NCBI GenBank assembly: GCA_016788295.1
Contig: JAEUSY010000026.1
Span: 64,020 to 128,019 of the forward strand
From: Flavobacteriales bacterium
GTDB taxonomy: Bacteria > Bacteroidota > Bacteroidia > Flavobacteriales_F > PHOS-HE28
Direction: 5' to 3'
Length of the DNA stretch: 64,000 nt
In this document: piece by piece, positions 1 to 8,798 of the stretch
Layout of the letters: each line of letters starts with the position of its first letter
How positions within the stretch are numbered: position 1 is the first letter of the stretch
Program-made: the position numbers and the translations under genes
Notes under the pieces: model-generated
The model's database searches: none
What the model was told of the DNA's origin: nothing
Seen by the model: the letters and a program-made list of their open reading frames with translations, nothing else

Positions 1-179
1 TCAGCGTGAGGTCCATCCCGCTCACACTGATCGGTGCGTTCAGCTGCTCGTTGATGGCGCCCACAAGACTGGCCTTCACCTCGGCATCGTACACTTTGGC
101 CAGCACCACCAGCGTGCCGAAGGCGAGCACGAGCACGGAGGCCACGACAATGAGCGCGGTGCGAAGGCGGCGGAACATG
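1..179 (-). CDS. AsmA-family outer-membrane biogenesis protein, N-terminal fragment (runs off the window start)
   Basis: Reverse complement of 1..179 opens with ATG (177-179 on +) and encodes MFRRLRTALIVVASVLVLAFGTLVVLAKVYDAEVKASLVGAINEQLNAPISVSGMDLTL. This is a signal-anchor helix followed by the ...IN..LNA.VSF.D.DLSL pattern typical of AsmA-like N-termini. Confidence 0.45.
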
Positions 180-269
180 GACGGAGGTGCAAGGTACCGG
201 GGCACCATTGCAGCTAACGGCAATTCCCGTGCAGTTCGTTCACACCCCGGTGTTATTCCGGGCGTGGCG

Positions 270-1574
270 CTATTTGCGCTTGGTCAGGAACAGCACCTCT
301 TTCTCGGTAAGGTGCCGCCATTTCCCGCGTGGCAGGTCCTTCTTGGTGAGCCCGGCGAAGACCACACGGTCCAGTTTCACCACTTCGTAGCCGAGCGCGG
401 CGAACATGCGGCGCACAATGCGGTTGCGGCCCATGTGCAGCTTCAGGCCCACTTCCTTACGGTTGGAGCCTTGCACGAAGGTGGCCTCGTCGGCCTGCGC
501 GGGACCATCGTCCAGCATCACGTTCTCCACTAACTGCTCCAAGTGCGCCTTGGTCACCGCCTTGTCCAGCGTTACGTGGTAGATCTTCTCGGCCCCGTGG
601 CTGGGGTGCGTGAGCTTCTTGGCCAGGTCGCCATCGTTGGTCATCAGAAGCACACCCGTGGTGTTGCGGTCCAAGCGGCCCACGGGGTAAAGCCTTTCGG
701 TGCAGGCATCGTCGATCAGTGCCATCACCGTGCGGCGGTCGCGCGGATCATCGGTGGTGGTGATGAAGTCCTTGGGCTTGTTGAGCAGCACGTAGCGTTT
801 CTGCTCCGAGCTGAGGCGCTGGCCACCGTAGTGAACGCGGTCGCCGGGCATCACCTTGAAGCCCATCTCTGTGATGATCTTGCCGTTCACGCTTACCACA
901 CCGGCCTTGATCAGGTCGTCGGCCTCGCGGCGGCTGGCCACACCGGCATGGGCCAGGTAGCGGTTCAGGCGCATGGAGCCATCGTTGTCCTCCTCGGCCT
1001 TGCGTCCGCGGCGGCTCATGCGGTCGGGTCCGCGGCCAATGGTGCGTTTCACAGAGGCATCGCGCGTGCGTTCGGCGGGTGCCCATGGGCGCTTGCCTCC
1101 GGGGCGTTCGCTGCGCCCTTCGCGGAACGGGCGTTCGCCTTCTCCGCCCTCTCGCCGTGCGCCACCCGGTCGTGCACTGCGTGCTCCCGGACGATCGCCA
1201 TATCCCTCGGATCGTGGGCCGGAGCGGGAACCGCCGGGACCACCCGAACCGCGGGGACGTTCATCGCGGTCGCGTGCCGGACGCTCGGCATAATTTCCTC
1301 CCGGACGTGCACCACGGGCGGCAGGGCCTGCGCCTTCGCCACCGCTGCGCTGATCGCGACCTGCGCCGGGCGGACGTTTGCCGGCGCGCTTGGAGGTGGG
1401 TGCGCCACGTTGCGGGCGACCACCCTGCGGGGCGTCACTGTCCGCGTTCCGTGCACCATCGCGTTCGGCCCGTGGCGGGCGTTTGCCAGCACGTTTCGAA
1501 GGGCCTTTGGCGGGACGAGCGGGGCCTTTGCCGGTCTTGCGTGGGCCTTTGTTGCGGTCAGTACGGTCGGTCAT
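270..1574 (-). CDS. rluB: rRNA pseudouridine synthase (RluB/RsuA family) with a long Arg/Gly-rich N-terminal extension
   Basis: C-terminal 240 aa have an S4 domain (MRLNRYLAHAGVASRREADDLIKAGVVSVNG) and the pseudouridine synthase core (YVLLNKPKDFITTTDDPRDRRTV...GRLDRNTTGVLLMTNDGDL). The N-terminal ~190 aa are low-complexity R/G/P/K-rich. Start taken at MTDRTDRNKG (ATG 1572-1574); the ORF extends further 5' to 1697. Confidence 0.85.
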   Translation of the reverse strand: MTDRTDRNKGPRKTGKGPARPAKGPSKRAGKRPPRAERDGARNADSDAPQGGRPQRGAPTSKRAGKRPPGAGRDQRSGGEGAGPAARGARPGGNYAERPARDRDERPRGSGGPGGSRSGPRSEGYGDRPGARSARPGGARREGGEGERPFREGRSERPGGKRPWAPAERTRDASVKRTIGRGPDRMSRRGRKAEEDNDGSMRLNRYLAHAGVASRREADDLIKAGVVSVNGKIITEMGFKVMPGDRVHYGGQRLSSEQKRYVLLNKPKDFITTTDDPRDRRTVMALIDDACTERLYPVGRLDRNTTGVLLMTNDGDLAKKLTHPSHGAEKIYHVTLDKAVTKAHLEQLVENVMLDDGPAQADEATFVQGSNRKEVGLKLHMGRNRIVRRMFAALGYEVVKLDRVVFAGLTKKDLPRGKWRHLTEKEVLFLTKRK

Positions 1575-1938
1575 GTAGGGTGGGATAGAACGCGTCGCGA
1601 ATGTGGTGAATGTAGGGCTTGCCCGATGGGTGCAGGATAACGCTGATGATATCGAACCGCAATCCCAGCTCGCAGCCGGTCTCCTGCACGTATGCATTGG
1701 CGGCCTTGATCAGGTGGCCCCGCTTGCCCTTCTTTACGGCCTCTTCGGGCTGGCCGTACTGCTCGCTGCTGCGGGTCTTCACTTCCACCACCACCAGCTC
1801 GGGTCCTTTGCGGGCAATGATGTCCAGCTCGTGCTTGCCGTGCTTCCAATTGCGCTCAAGCACCTCATAGCCAGCCTCTTCCATGAAGCGGCATGCGAGT
1901 TGCTCGCCCGTGGCGCCCGTCTGGTTGTGCTCGGCCAT
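1558..1938 (-). CDS. yraN: YraN-family (UPF0102) endonuclease
   Basis: MAEHNQTGATGEQLACRFMEEAGYEVLERNWKHGKHELDIIARKGPELVVVEVKTR... matches the UPF0102/YraN restriction-endonuclease-like fold. Start at internal Met (1936-1938). Overlaps rluB by 17 nt. Confidence 0.8.
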   Translation of the reverse strand: MAEHNQTGATGEQLACRFMEEAGYEVLERNWKHGKHELDIIARKGPELVVVEVKTRSSEQYGQPEEAVKKGKRGHLIKAANAYVQETGCELGLRFDIISVILHPSGKPYIHHIRDAFYPTLHDRPY

Positions 1939-2036
1939 GTGTTGAAAGATGCAGAGCGTAACCCTGTGCGGGCAGCTCCGTTGAAGGCCTAAAATTGAGG
2001 AACTTTCCGTCCACACCCTCGGAACAGATCGTGAAC

Positions 2037-2681
2037 ATGCGCCCTATTCTCCGTTCCATAAGCCTGCTGGCCCTCTCTGTGATGGTGAGCGCTTCGGCCC
2101 TTTTCGCCCAACCCTTCGAGGGCATCATCGAGTTCACCAAGACCACCGGTCCGGTGATCACCACCTACCGCTATTATGTGAAGGGTGAGCGCATCCGCAT
2201 TGAGGAGATCAGCGCACGCGGCGAGGTGCAGGGCATCATGTTGGTGGACACCCGCGACAAGACCGTTACGGCCATCAGCCCCGAGCGCAAGCTCTACATG
2301 GATGTGCCCAACATGCGCCTGCCCAAGGATGTGGAGGTGCAGGTGCAAAAGACCGCCGACCTCAAGGAGATCGCTGGATACAAGTGCGAGAAATGGCTGG
2401 TGAAGAGCCCCAAGGAGGATCGCCAGATCACCTACTGGGTGGCCGCCGACGAGTTCTCGTTCTTCATTCCGCTGTTGGAGACCCTGAACCGGAAGGATGA
2501 GCAGGCCGTGTTTTTCCTGCAAGTGAAGGACAACAAAGGCGTGTTCCCTATGCTGGGTATCGAACAGAAGATGGACGGCGCCGAAGTGAGCCGCCTGGAA
2601 GTGACCAAGGTGACCAAGGGCGTTCAGAAGCCTGCACTTTTCGAGATCCCCGCCGGCTACAATAAGTTCGAGCGGAACTGA
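2037..2681 (+). CDS. DUF4412 domain-containing secreted protein
   Basis: Signal peptide MRPILRSISLLALSVMVSASALFAQ. Body (EFTKTTGPVITTYRYYVKGERIRIEE...YWVAADEFSFF) resembles the DUF4412 family common in Bacteroidota. Followed by an intrinsic terminator. Confidence 0.6.
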   Translation: MRPILRSISLLALSVMVSASALFAQPFEGIIEFTKTTGPVITTYRYYVKGERIRIEEISARGEVQGIMLVDTRDKTVTAISPERKLYMDVPNMRLPKDVEVQVQKTADLKEIAGYKCEKWLVKSPKEDRQITYWVAADEFSFFIPLLETLNRKDEQAVFFLQVKDNKGVFPMLGIEQKMDGAEVSRLEVTKVTKGVQKPALFEIPAGYNKFERN

Positions 2682-2714
2682 TCGGCATAGCGCCAACATT
2701 CCAGATCCCCACCA

Positions 2715-2750
2715 GTAGGTCAACCCACCGGGTCGACCTACGTGTTTTTG
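2715..2750 (+). terminator. Rho-independent terminator (bidirectional; lies between convergent genes)
   Basis: Palindrome gtaggtcaaccc-acc-gggtcgacctac with an ~11-bp stem, immediately followed by gtgTTTTTgg (T-run 2745-2749). Confidence 0.7.
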
Positions 2751-2766
2751 GAAGGTCCAATTCCTG

Positions 2767-3741
2767 TCAAGCGCCGTTCCGGTCGACGTACGCGATCGAC
2801 GCACCTTCAGGAGCAACGCTGAGCTTCACCTTCGCACCCAGCGCCAAGGCCCGGTTGTCATCGATGTGCCCCGCCGGGAAGCCGTAGCACACCGGGTAGT
2901 TGGTGTCGCCCAGTGCATCGGCGATGATCCGCTCGGCGCTTTTCCCGAAGGGGTCGTCGGGATTCTTGTCGCGCATGTCGCTCATGCCGCCCACGATCAA
3001 CCCTGCCAAGCCCTTGAACCAGCCTGCCAGCCGCAGGTTCTGCACCATGCGGTCCACGTGGTAGAGCAGCTCGTCCAGGTCCTCGATGAACAGGATCTTG
3101 CCCGTGGGGTCGATGTCGTAGGGCGTGCCGCGGAGGGCGTAGAGCAGGGAGAGGTTACCGCCAACTAATTCGCCAATGCACGTTCCTTCGCGCTGAGTAA
3201 CGAGTGGCGAGTGGCGAGTGGCGAGTGAATGCCCGGCAGAACTCGCCACTCGCCACTCGTCACTCGCCACTCGAATTTCCTCCCCGAACAGCGCTCTCCG
3301 CAAACTCTCCCTGCTCTCCCCCGTCTTTGCCCCGATATTGAAGGGCATCTGCGCGTGCAAACTGGCCACGCCCAGGTTGTGCAACGCGTTGTGCAGCACG
3401 GTGACGTCGCTGAAGCCCACGATCCACTTGGGGTCCTGGCGCAGCACGCCGAGGTCCAGGTGATCCAACAGGTGTACGGTGCCGTAGCCGCCACGGGCGC
3501 ACCAGATGGCGCGGACGGTGGGGTCGTTGAGCGCGGCTTGCAGGTCGGCGGTGCGCTCTTCGGCGGTACCCGCCTGCTGAAAGTGCTTGCGCCCGATCCC
3601 TGCGCCGAGCTTCACCTTCAGGCCCCAGCTTTCCACCAGAGCGATCCCGTCCTGCAGCTCCGCTACGGTAATGGCGCGGGCGGTGGGCACAATGGCGATG
3701 GTGTCACCGGATCTAAGTGGTGGTGGAACAAGGATGGACAT
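2767..3741 (-). CDS. ldcA: LD-carboxypeptidase (peptidase S66, LdcA/MccF family) carrying an internal in-frame repeat insertion
   Basis: GDTIAIVPTARAI...IWCARGGYG...GFSDVTVLH...LIVGGMSDM...YGFPAGHIDDN is a typical S66 LD-carboxypeptidase. Start at MSILVPPP (ATG 3739-3741). Contains the palindromic heptamer-repeat element at 3201-3273 in frame. Confidence 0.85.
   Translation of the reverse strand: MSILVPPPLRSGDTIAIVPTARAITVAELQDGIALVESWGLKVKLGAGIGRKHFQQAGTAEERTADLQAALNDPTVRAIWCARGGYGTVHLLDHLDLGVLRQDPKWIVGFSDVTVLHNALHNLGVASLHAQMPFNIGAKTGESRESLRRALFGEEIRVASDEWRVASSAGHSLATRHSPLVTQREGTCIGELVGGNLSLLYALRGTPYDIDPTGKILFIEDLDELLYHVDRMVQNLRLAGWFKGLAGLIVGGMSDMRDKNPDDPFGKSAERIIADALGDTNYPVCYGFPAGHIDDNRALALGAKVKLSVAPEGASIAYVDRNGA
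3201..3273. repeat. Palindromic tandem-heptamer element (CGAGTGG)x~4 / (CCACTCG)x~5 forming a long hairpin, inserted in frame inside ldcA
   Basis: 3201-3227 cgagtggcgagtggcgagtggcgagtg; loop aatgcccggcaga; 3241-3273 actcgccactcgccactcgtcactcgccactcg, the near-perfect reverse complement. Translates on the minus strand as RVASDEWRVASSAGHSLATRHSPL within LdcA. Confidence 0.8.
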
Positions 3742-3815
3742 GGGACGAAGGTCAGGTCGGAATGCCACCGGGCCAAATGCTGCACGCATCGTCCCTGAGC
3801 GGGGTCACGGTCGTA

Positions 3816-4475
3816 TCATGGAACGGATCCGTGTGGTCGGTCGGTCTCTGGGCTGGACCAGCGGCCGCTCCTGCGAACGATCCGAGAGGTCCGGGATAGG
3901 GTCCAGGTGACACCTGAGTTCAACATGTCGTACCGCACGACCCCCAATGACTTGCTCCAGAAGACCCTGCTGATGGTGCGACCGTCCGATGAGTGCTGGC
4001 GGTATTCGTCCGAAGTGGTGTCCGGCATGATGATGACCACGTCCGTCAAGTTCAGTCCGTCAATGAAAACGGTCCGCATTGGCAGACCATCAAGCTCGGT
4101 CATACGCGTGCCGAGGAAGCCGTATGTGAATGCGTGATCGCAGCTGATGTTGAGGCTGAGGATACTGGCCTCTTCCGTTGTGGTGGTCTCGGCGGCGATG
4201 AACGTGCTCCAGGGCACTCCCGGACGTGAGGAACAGTGGTCCTCACAAAGAACCTGCTCAATGTGCTCGGACCTTTCATCGTGGACCTGGTCATAGACCT
4301 TGAACCCGGTGATCACGCGCTGATCCCTGGAGCCTTCGGAGGAGGTGAAGACAAGCGTGTCGCCGCCAGCATAGGGATGTCCGGCCGGTTCAGCCGATCC
4401 ACCGTTGGTTGAGCAATTGGTGAACGCGAAAGATCCCAACGTGATGATGGCGCAGCGCAAGGCTCTCATGGGCAT
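3816..4475 (-). CDS. hypothetical lipoprotein
   Basis: Start at MPMRALRCAIITLGSFAFTNC (signal peptide plus lipobox Cys). No recognisable domain. The ORF extends 5' to 4592 but the upstream portion lacks a signal peptide. Confidence 0.45.
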   Translation of the reverse strand: MPMRALRCAIITLGSFAFTNCSTNGGSAEPAGHPYAGGDTLVFTSSEGSRDQRVITGFKVYDQVHDERSEHIEQVLCEDHCSSRPGVPWSTFIAAETTTTEEASILSLNISCDHAFTYGFLGTRMTELDGLPMRTVFIDGLNLTDVVIIMPDTTSDEYRQHSSDGRTISRVFWSKSLGVVRYDMLNSGVTWTLSRTSRIVRRSGRWSSPETDRPHGSVP

Positions 4476-4630
4476 GAACACGACTCCAAGATACCCGATC
4501 CGGCTCCATCGCAGATCGCGTTCAAATGGAAGTGCACTTAAGCGCCAGGTGCATGGTGCTGGCAAAGGTCCATCCTTTCGCTGGGCCAACACCCTGCCCC
4601 GTACTTTCGCGCATCGAAGTGACCCGACCC

Positions 4631-6718
4631 GTGAAGGAAATCGCCCGCCATACCGTCACCGCCGCACTGCCCTACGCCAATGGGCCGCTGCACATCGGCC
4701 ACATCGCCGGGGCCTACCTGCCCGCCGACATCTACGTGCGCAACCTGCGCCAGCGCGGCAAGGAGGTGCTCTTCATCTGCGGTAGCGACGAGCACGGCGC
4801 GGCCATCACCATCCGCGCGATGAAGGAGGGCACCACGCCCCGCGCCATCGTGGACACCTACCACGCGCTGATGGGCCAGGCCTTCCAGGACTTCGGCATC
4901 CACTTCGACATCTACGACCGCACCAGCAGCGAGCTGCACCGCGAGACCTCGCAGGGCTTCTTCCTGAAACTGCTGGAGAACGGCGCCTTCAGCGTGCAGG
5001 AGGAGCAGCAGTATTTCGATGAGGAGGCCAGGCAGTTCTTGGCCGACCGCTACATCATGGGCACCTGCCCGAAGTGCGGCAACACCGATGCCTATGGCGA
5101 CCAGTGCGAGAAGTGCGGCAGCGCGCTCAGCCCCAAGGACCTGATCGAGCCGCGCAGCACGCTCAGCGGATCGAAGCCCGTGCTAAAGAGTACCAAGCAC
5201 TGGTACCTGAAGATGGACGAGGCCCAGCAATGGGTGGAGCAGTGGATGAACACCGGCGTGCTTGATGGCGTGCAACACCACGACCCGAAGGAGTGGAAGG
5301 CCAGCGTGCTCGGCCAGTGCAATAGCTGGTTGAAGGATGGCCTGCGTCCCCGTGCCATGACACGCGACCTGGACTGGGGCGTTCCCGTGCCGCTGGAAGG
5401 CGCTGAGGGAAAAGTGCTTTATGTGTGGTTGGATGCGCCCATCGGATACATCAGCGCCACGAAGCGTTGGGCCCAAGAGCACAACACCGATTGGGAGAAA
5501 TGGTGGAAGGCCGATGATACGCGGCTGATCCACTTCATCGGCAAGGACAACATCGTTTTCCACGCCATCATCTTCCCGATCCTGCTGAAGCTGCACGGCG
5601 GCTACGTGCTGCCGCAGAACGTGCCGGCAAACGAGTTCCTCAATCTCGAAGGGCGGAAGATCAGCACCAGCCGCAACTGGGCCGTCTGGCTGCACGAGTA
5701 CCTCGAGCGCTGGCCCGGGCGGCAGGACGAGTTACGCTACTTCCTGGCCACCATCATCCCCGAGCAGAAGGACAGCGAGTTCACGTGGAAGGATTTCCAG
5801 GAGAAGAACAATAGCGAGCTGGTGAGCATCGTAGGCAACTTCGTGCAGCGCGTGTTCGTGCTGTGCCACAAGTACTACGAAGGCAAGGCACCGGCGGCCG
5901 GGGAGAAGGTGGATGTGGACCTGGCCCTCTGGAGCAGCGTACACAGCAGCGTGGAAGAGGTGGCCAGGCACATCGACGATTTCCGATTGCGCGATGCCCT
6001 GAGCAGCGCCATGAACGTGGCCCGTGCCGGCAACAAGTACCTCAGCGACAACGAGCCCTGGAAGCTGGAGAAGACCGATCCCGAGCGCACGCGCACCATC
6101 CTGGCCAACAGCCTGAACATCGCGGCCACGCTGAGCATCGTCCTGGAGCCCTTCCTGCCGCACACCACGGCCAAGCTGCGCCGCATGCTGGGAGTCGGCA
6201 CTTTGCCTTGGGACAATGCCTTCCGCAGTGACCTGATCGGTGCCGGTCAGGAACTGGGTAAGCCCGAGCACCTCTTCAAGCCGATCACCGATGCGGAGAT
6301 CCAGCCGGAGATCGAGCGCTTGCATGCGAACGCACCGCAGGAAGTCGCACCTGCTCCCGTCCCCGTTTCAACCGCTCCTGCGGCGAAACCCAACATCTCG
6401 TTCGACGATTTCGCCAAGCTCGATCTACGCGTGGGCACCATCACCGCTGCGGAGCGTGTGCCCAAGGCCGACAAGCTCCTGAAGCTCACCATCGACCTGG
6501 GTGAGCCGCAACCGCGCACCGTGGTGAGCGGTATCGCTATGCACTACCAGCCGGAGCAGTTGCCCGGTCAGCAGGTGGTGCTGGTGGCCAATCTGGAACC
6601 CCGCAAGATGCGTGGTGTGGAGAGCCAGGGCATGGTGCTGATGGCCGAGGATGCCAGTGGCAAGCTGGTGTTCGTGCAGCCGAAGGAGATGATCGGTCCG
6701 GGCGGGGAGGTGCGTTGA
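4631..6718 (+). CDS. metG: methionine--tRNA ligase (class I aaRS) with C-terminal EMAP/tRNA-binding domain
   Basis: TAALPYANGPLHIGH (HIGH motif), KISTSRNW (KMSKS-like), and C-terminal DLRVGTITAAERVPKADKLLKLTIDLGE tRNA-binding domain. The ORF opens at ATG 4526, but the canonical N-terminus (M-KEIARHTVTAALPY) suggests a GTG start at 4631; start uncertain. Confidence 0.9.
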   Translation: MKEIARHTVTAALPYANGPLHIGHIAGAYLPADIYVRNLRQRGKEVLFICGSDEHGAAITIRAMKEGTTPRAIVDTYHALMGQAFQDFGIHFDIYDRTSSELHRETSQGFFLKLLENGAFSVQEEQQYFDEEARQFLADRYIMGTCPKCGNTDAYGDQCEKCGSALSPKDLIEPRSTLSGSKPVLKSTKHWYLKMDEAQQWVEQWMNTGVLDGVQHHDPKEWKASVLGQCNSWLKDGLRPRAMTRDLDWGVPVPLEGAEGKVLYVWLDAPIGYISATKRWAQEHNTDWEKWWKADDTRLIHFIGKDNIVFHAIIFPILLKLHGGYVLPQNVPANEFLNLEGRKISTSRNWAVWLHEYLERWPGRQDELRYFLATIIPEQKDSEFTWKDFQEKNNSELVSIVGNFVQRVFVLCHKYYEGKAPAAGEKVDVDLALWSSVHSSVEEVARHIDDFRLRDALSSAMNVARAGNKYLSDNEPWKLEKTDPERTRTILANSLNIAATLSIVLEPFLPHTTAKLRRMLGVGTLPWDNAFRSDLIGAGQELGKPEHLFKPITDAEIQPEIERLHANAPQEVAPAPVPVSTAPAAKPNISFDDFAKLDLRVGTITAAERVPKADKLLKLTIDLGEPQPRTVVSGIAMHYQPEQLPGQQVVLVANLEPRKMRGVESQGMVLMAEDASGKLVFVQPKEMIGPGGEVR

Positions 6719-6724
6719 CGGTCC

Positions 6725-7015
6725 ATGACTACCTTTACGGGTATGCCTGCCGAAAAGACCAAGCTGGATATCGTCAAGAAAGTTCTTGCCTTGAAGGACG
6801 AGGTGGCGCTCGCTAACCTGCATGCTTACTTGGTGGCGGAGCCCGCTGAGCCATGGGGCGATCTCACCGCCGATATCCGGGCCTCTTTACAATTGAGCCT
6901 GGAACAGTTGGATCGGGGTGAAGGGCGTTCGCACGAGGAGGTCATGGCCAATGCTCGCAAATGGTCAAAAGGGTCCGCTGGTCGCCGGAAGCCGAATCGC
7001 GCTTCATCGAAGTGA
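6725..7015 (+). CDS. type II antitoxin (putative addiction-module component, partner of ParE/RelE toxin)
   Basis: A small acidic protein (MPAEKTKLDIVKKVLALKDEVALANLHAYLVAEPAEP...) lying immediately upstream of a RelE/ParE-fold toxin, overlapping it by 55 nt in another frame. Confidence 0.55.
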   Translation: MTTFTGMPAEKTKLDIVKKVLALKDEVALANLHAYLVAEPAEPWGDLTADIRASLQLSLEQLDRGEGRSHEEVMANARKWSKGSAGRRKPNRASSK

Positions 7016-7260
7016 TCGGCTACCTCCGGTCGGAATGGTCGGAACGTGATGCCACGCGCTTCATTCAGCGCACGGATGCTACGGTGCGCATGCTGATGCG
7101 GTTCCCCGGTATTTCCCGAAAAGGTCGGAAGGGGACTCGCGAAGTATTGGTCACAAAGCACAACATCCTGTGCTTCCGGATCAAAGGTGATGAGCTACAG
7201 GTGGTGGGCTTCTGGGACACGCGGCAACATCCGCGTACACGCAGGACCACGAACCCTTAG
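6961..7260 (+). CDS. parE: type II toxin, RelE/ParE family
   Basis: MVKRVRWSPEAESRFIEVIGYLRSEWSERDATRFIQRTDATVRMLMRFPGISRKG...VLVTKHNILCFRIKGDELQVVGFWDTRQHP shows the classic RelE/ParE signature (WSP.A..D...I..YI; ..Y.V....i.I.r.....D). Confidence 0.75.
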   Translation: MVKRVRWSPEAESRFIEVIGYLRSEWSERDATRFIQRTDATVRMLMRFPGISRKGRKGTREVLVTKHNILCFRIKGDELQVVGFWDTRQHPRTRRTTNP

Positions 7261-7269
7261 GTGAGCAGC

Positions 7270-8787
7270 CTAAGCTTCAGCCTCCTCGCTCTTACCTTCG
7301 CCCGCCTTCTTCTCGCCGAGGTATTTCGGGAGGTCCATGCCGGCCATATCGAAGAGGTCCTTCAGGGGCGGAACGCTCTTGTACAGCCCGCTGATGAAGC
7401 CTGCGGTGCTGCCTTTTCCGTCGCCCTGTTGTCCGCCTTCCCAAACGGTAACGCTGTCGATCTTGATGTTCTTGATCGCTTCGGTCTGTAGGCGTACCAG
7501 CTCGGGCAGCTTGTCGGCCACCAGCAGCAGCACGGCATCCTTGGGGTTGTCGCCGGCGCTCTTCACAATGCGCTCCAGACCTTCCGCCTGCTTGGTGAGG
7601 ATCTCCTTCAAGCCACGTGCTTCGGCCTCCATCTTGGCGTAGAGCGCATCGGCTTCGCCCTTGGCTTTCTCGCGCAATTGCTCGGCCTCGGCCTGAGCCT
7701 GGATGATGGCCTTCTGTTTGTCGATCTCGGCGCTCACCACCACACTGGCTGTCTGCGAGGCGCGTTCGCGTTCGGCGCGGGCCACTTCGGCCTTGCGTTC
7801 GGCGTCGTAGGCTTCTTCCAGGGCGCGTGCGCTCTGCACCTTTTCGGCAGCGGTGGCGCGGCGCAACGCTTCAGCCTCCCGCTCGCGGCGCTGGGCCTCC
7901 GAATCAGCGATCTGGATGCGTGACTGGTTCTCGCCCTGCACGGCGGTGGCGTTCGCTTCGGCGCTCTTGATACGCGTATCGCGCTCGGCCTCCACCTTAC
8001 CGATGCTCTCATCACGCTTCGCTCCGGCGATCAGGATCTCCTTGTCTTTCAACGTGAGCGCAACACCGGTGTCGCGGTCGCGGACAAGGGCGGCCACGTT
8101 CAGGTCGCGGTCCTTCTCGGCGCTCGTTTTACCGATGTCGCCCATGCGCTCCATGTCGGCCACGCGCACCTTGGCCTCGTTGATGGCCTTGGCCGCAGCT
8201 TCCTTGCCCAAAGCTTCAATGTAACCGCTCTCGTCCTTGATGTCGGTCACGTTAACGTTGATCAACTTGAGGCCGATCTTGCTCAACTCGCTCTCCACGC
8301 TGCCGGCCACGTTGGTGAGGAACTTGTCGCGGTTGCTGTTGATCTCCTCGATGTCCATCATGGCCACCACCAAACGCATCTGGCCCAGGATGATGTCCGT
8401 GGCCAGTGAGTGCACGGCGTTCTGCTGTAGGCCGAGCAGGCGTTCCGCAGCGTTCTCCATTACGCCCGGCTCGGTGCTGATGCCCACGGTGAATTTGCTG
8501 GGCACATCCACGCGGATGTTCTGCTTGCTGAGCGCACCCACGAGGTTCACCTCAATGCCGATGGGCGTGAGGTCGAGGAAGGCGTAGTCCTGGAACACCG
8601 GCCAGATGAAGGCCGCGCCGCCGTGGATGCATTTGGCGGTCTTCTGCCCATCGGGGCCGGAGCCCACCTTACCGTACACCACCAGGATGCGGTCGCTTGG
8701 GCAGCGCTTGTAGCGGCTGAGCAGCGAAACGAAGAGGACGAAAATGAAGAGGACCGCGGCCGCGATCACGATCAGGAAGAAGGGCAT
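7270..8787 (-). CDS. yqiK: flotillin-family SPFH/band-7 protein (YqiK-like)
   Basis: N-terminal TM helix, SPFH domain, then a long Ala/Glu/Arg-rich coiled coil (EAQRREREAEALRRATAAEKV...). 505 aa, typical of the flotillin family. Confidence 0.85.
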   Translation of the reverse strand: MPFFLIVIAAAVLFIFVLFVSLLSRYKRCPSDRILVVYGKVGSGPDGQKTAKCIHGGAAFIWPVFQDYAFLDLTPIGIEVNLVGALSKQNIRVDVPSKFTVGISTEPGVMENAAERLLGLQQNAVHSLATDIILGQMRLVVAMMDIEEINSNRDKFLTNVAGSVESELSKIGLKLINVNVTDIKDESGYIEALGKEAAAKAINEAKVRVADMERMGDIGKTSAEKDRDLNVAALVRDRDTGVALTLKDKEILIAGAKRDESIGKVEAERDTRIKSAEANATAVQGENQSRIQIADSEAQRREREAEALRRATAAEKVQSARALEEAYDAERKAEVARAERERASQTASVVVSAEIDKQKAIIQAQAEAEQLREKAKGEADALYAKMEAEARGLKEILTKQAEGLERIVKSAGDNPKDAVLLLVADKLPELVRLQTEAIKNIKIDSVTVWEGGQQGDGKGSTAGFISGLYKSVPPLKDLFDMAGMDLPKYLGEKKAGEGKSEEAEA

Positions 8788-8798
8788 GTGCTAGTGAC

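Noticed and set aside
6-533. 175-aa ORF on the + strand at the window start
   Set aside because: Lies antisense to the AsmA-like N-terminus and the rluB 3' end. No domain or signal features; a typical GC-rich antisense frame.
543-1640. 365-aa + strand ORF antisense to rluB, with nested 106-169-aa ORFs
   Set aside because: Ala/Gly/Arg-rich translation produced by reading the high-GC RG-repeat region in the wrong frame or strand; rluB explains the region.
3201-3273. Possible CRISPR array or terminator interpretation of the heptamer repeats
   Set aside because: Units are 7 nt with no spacers, arranged as one inverted repeat inside a coding frame. Not CRISPR-like and not followed by a T-run.
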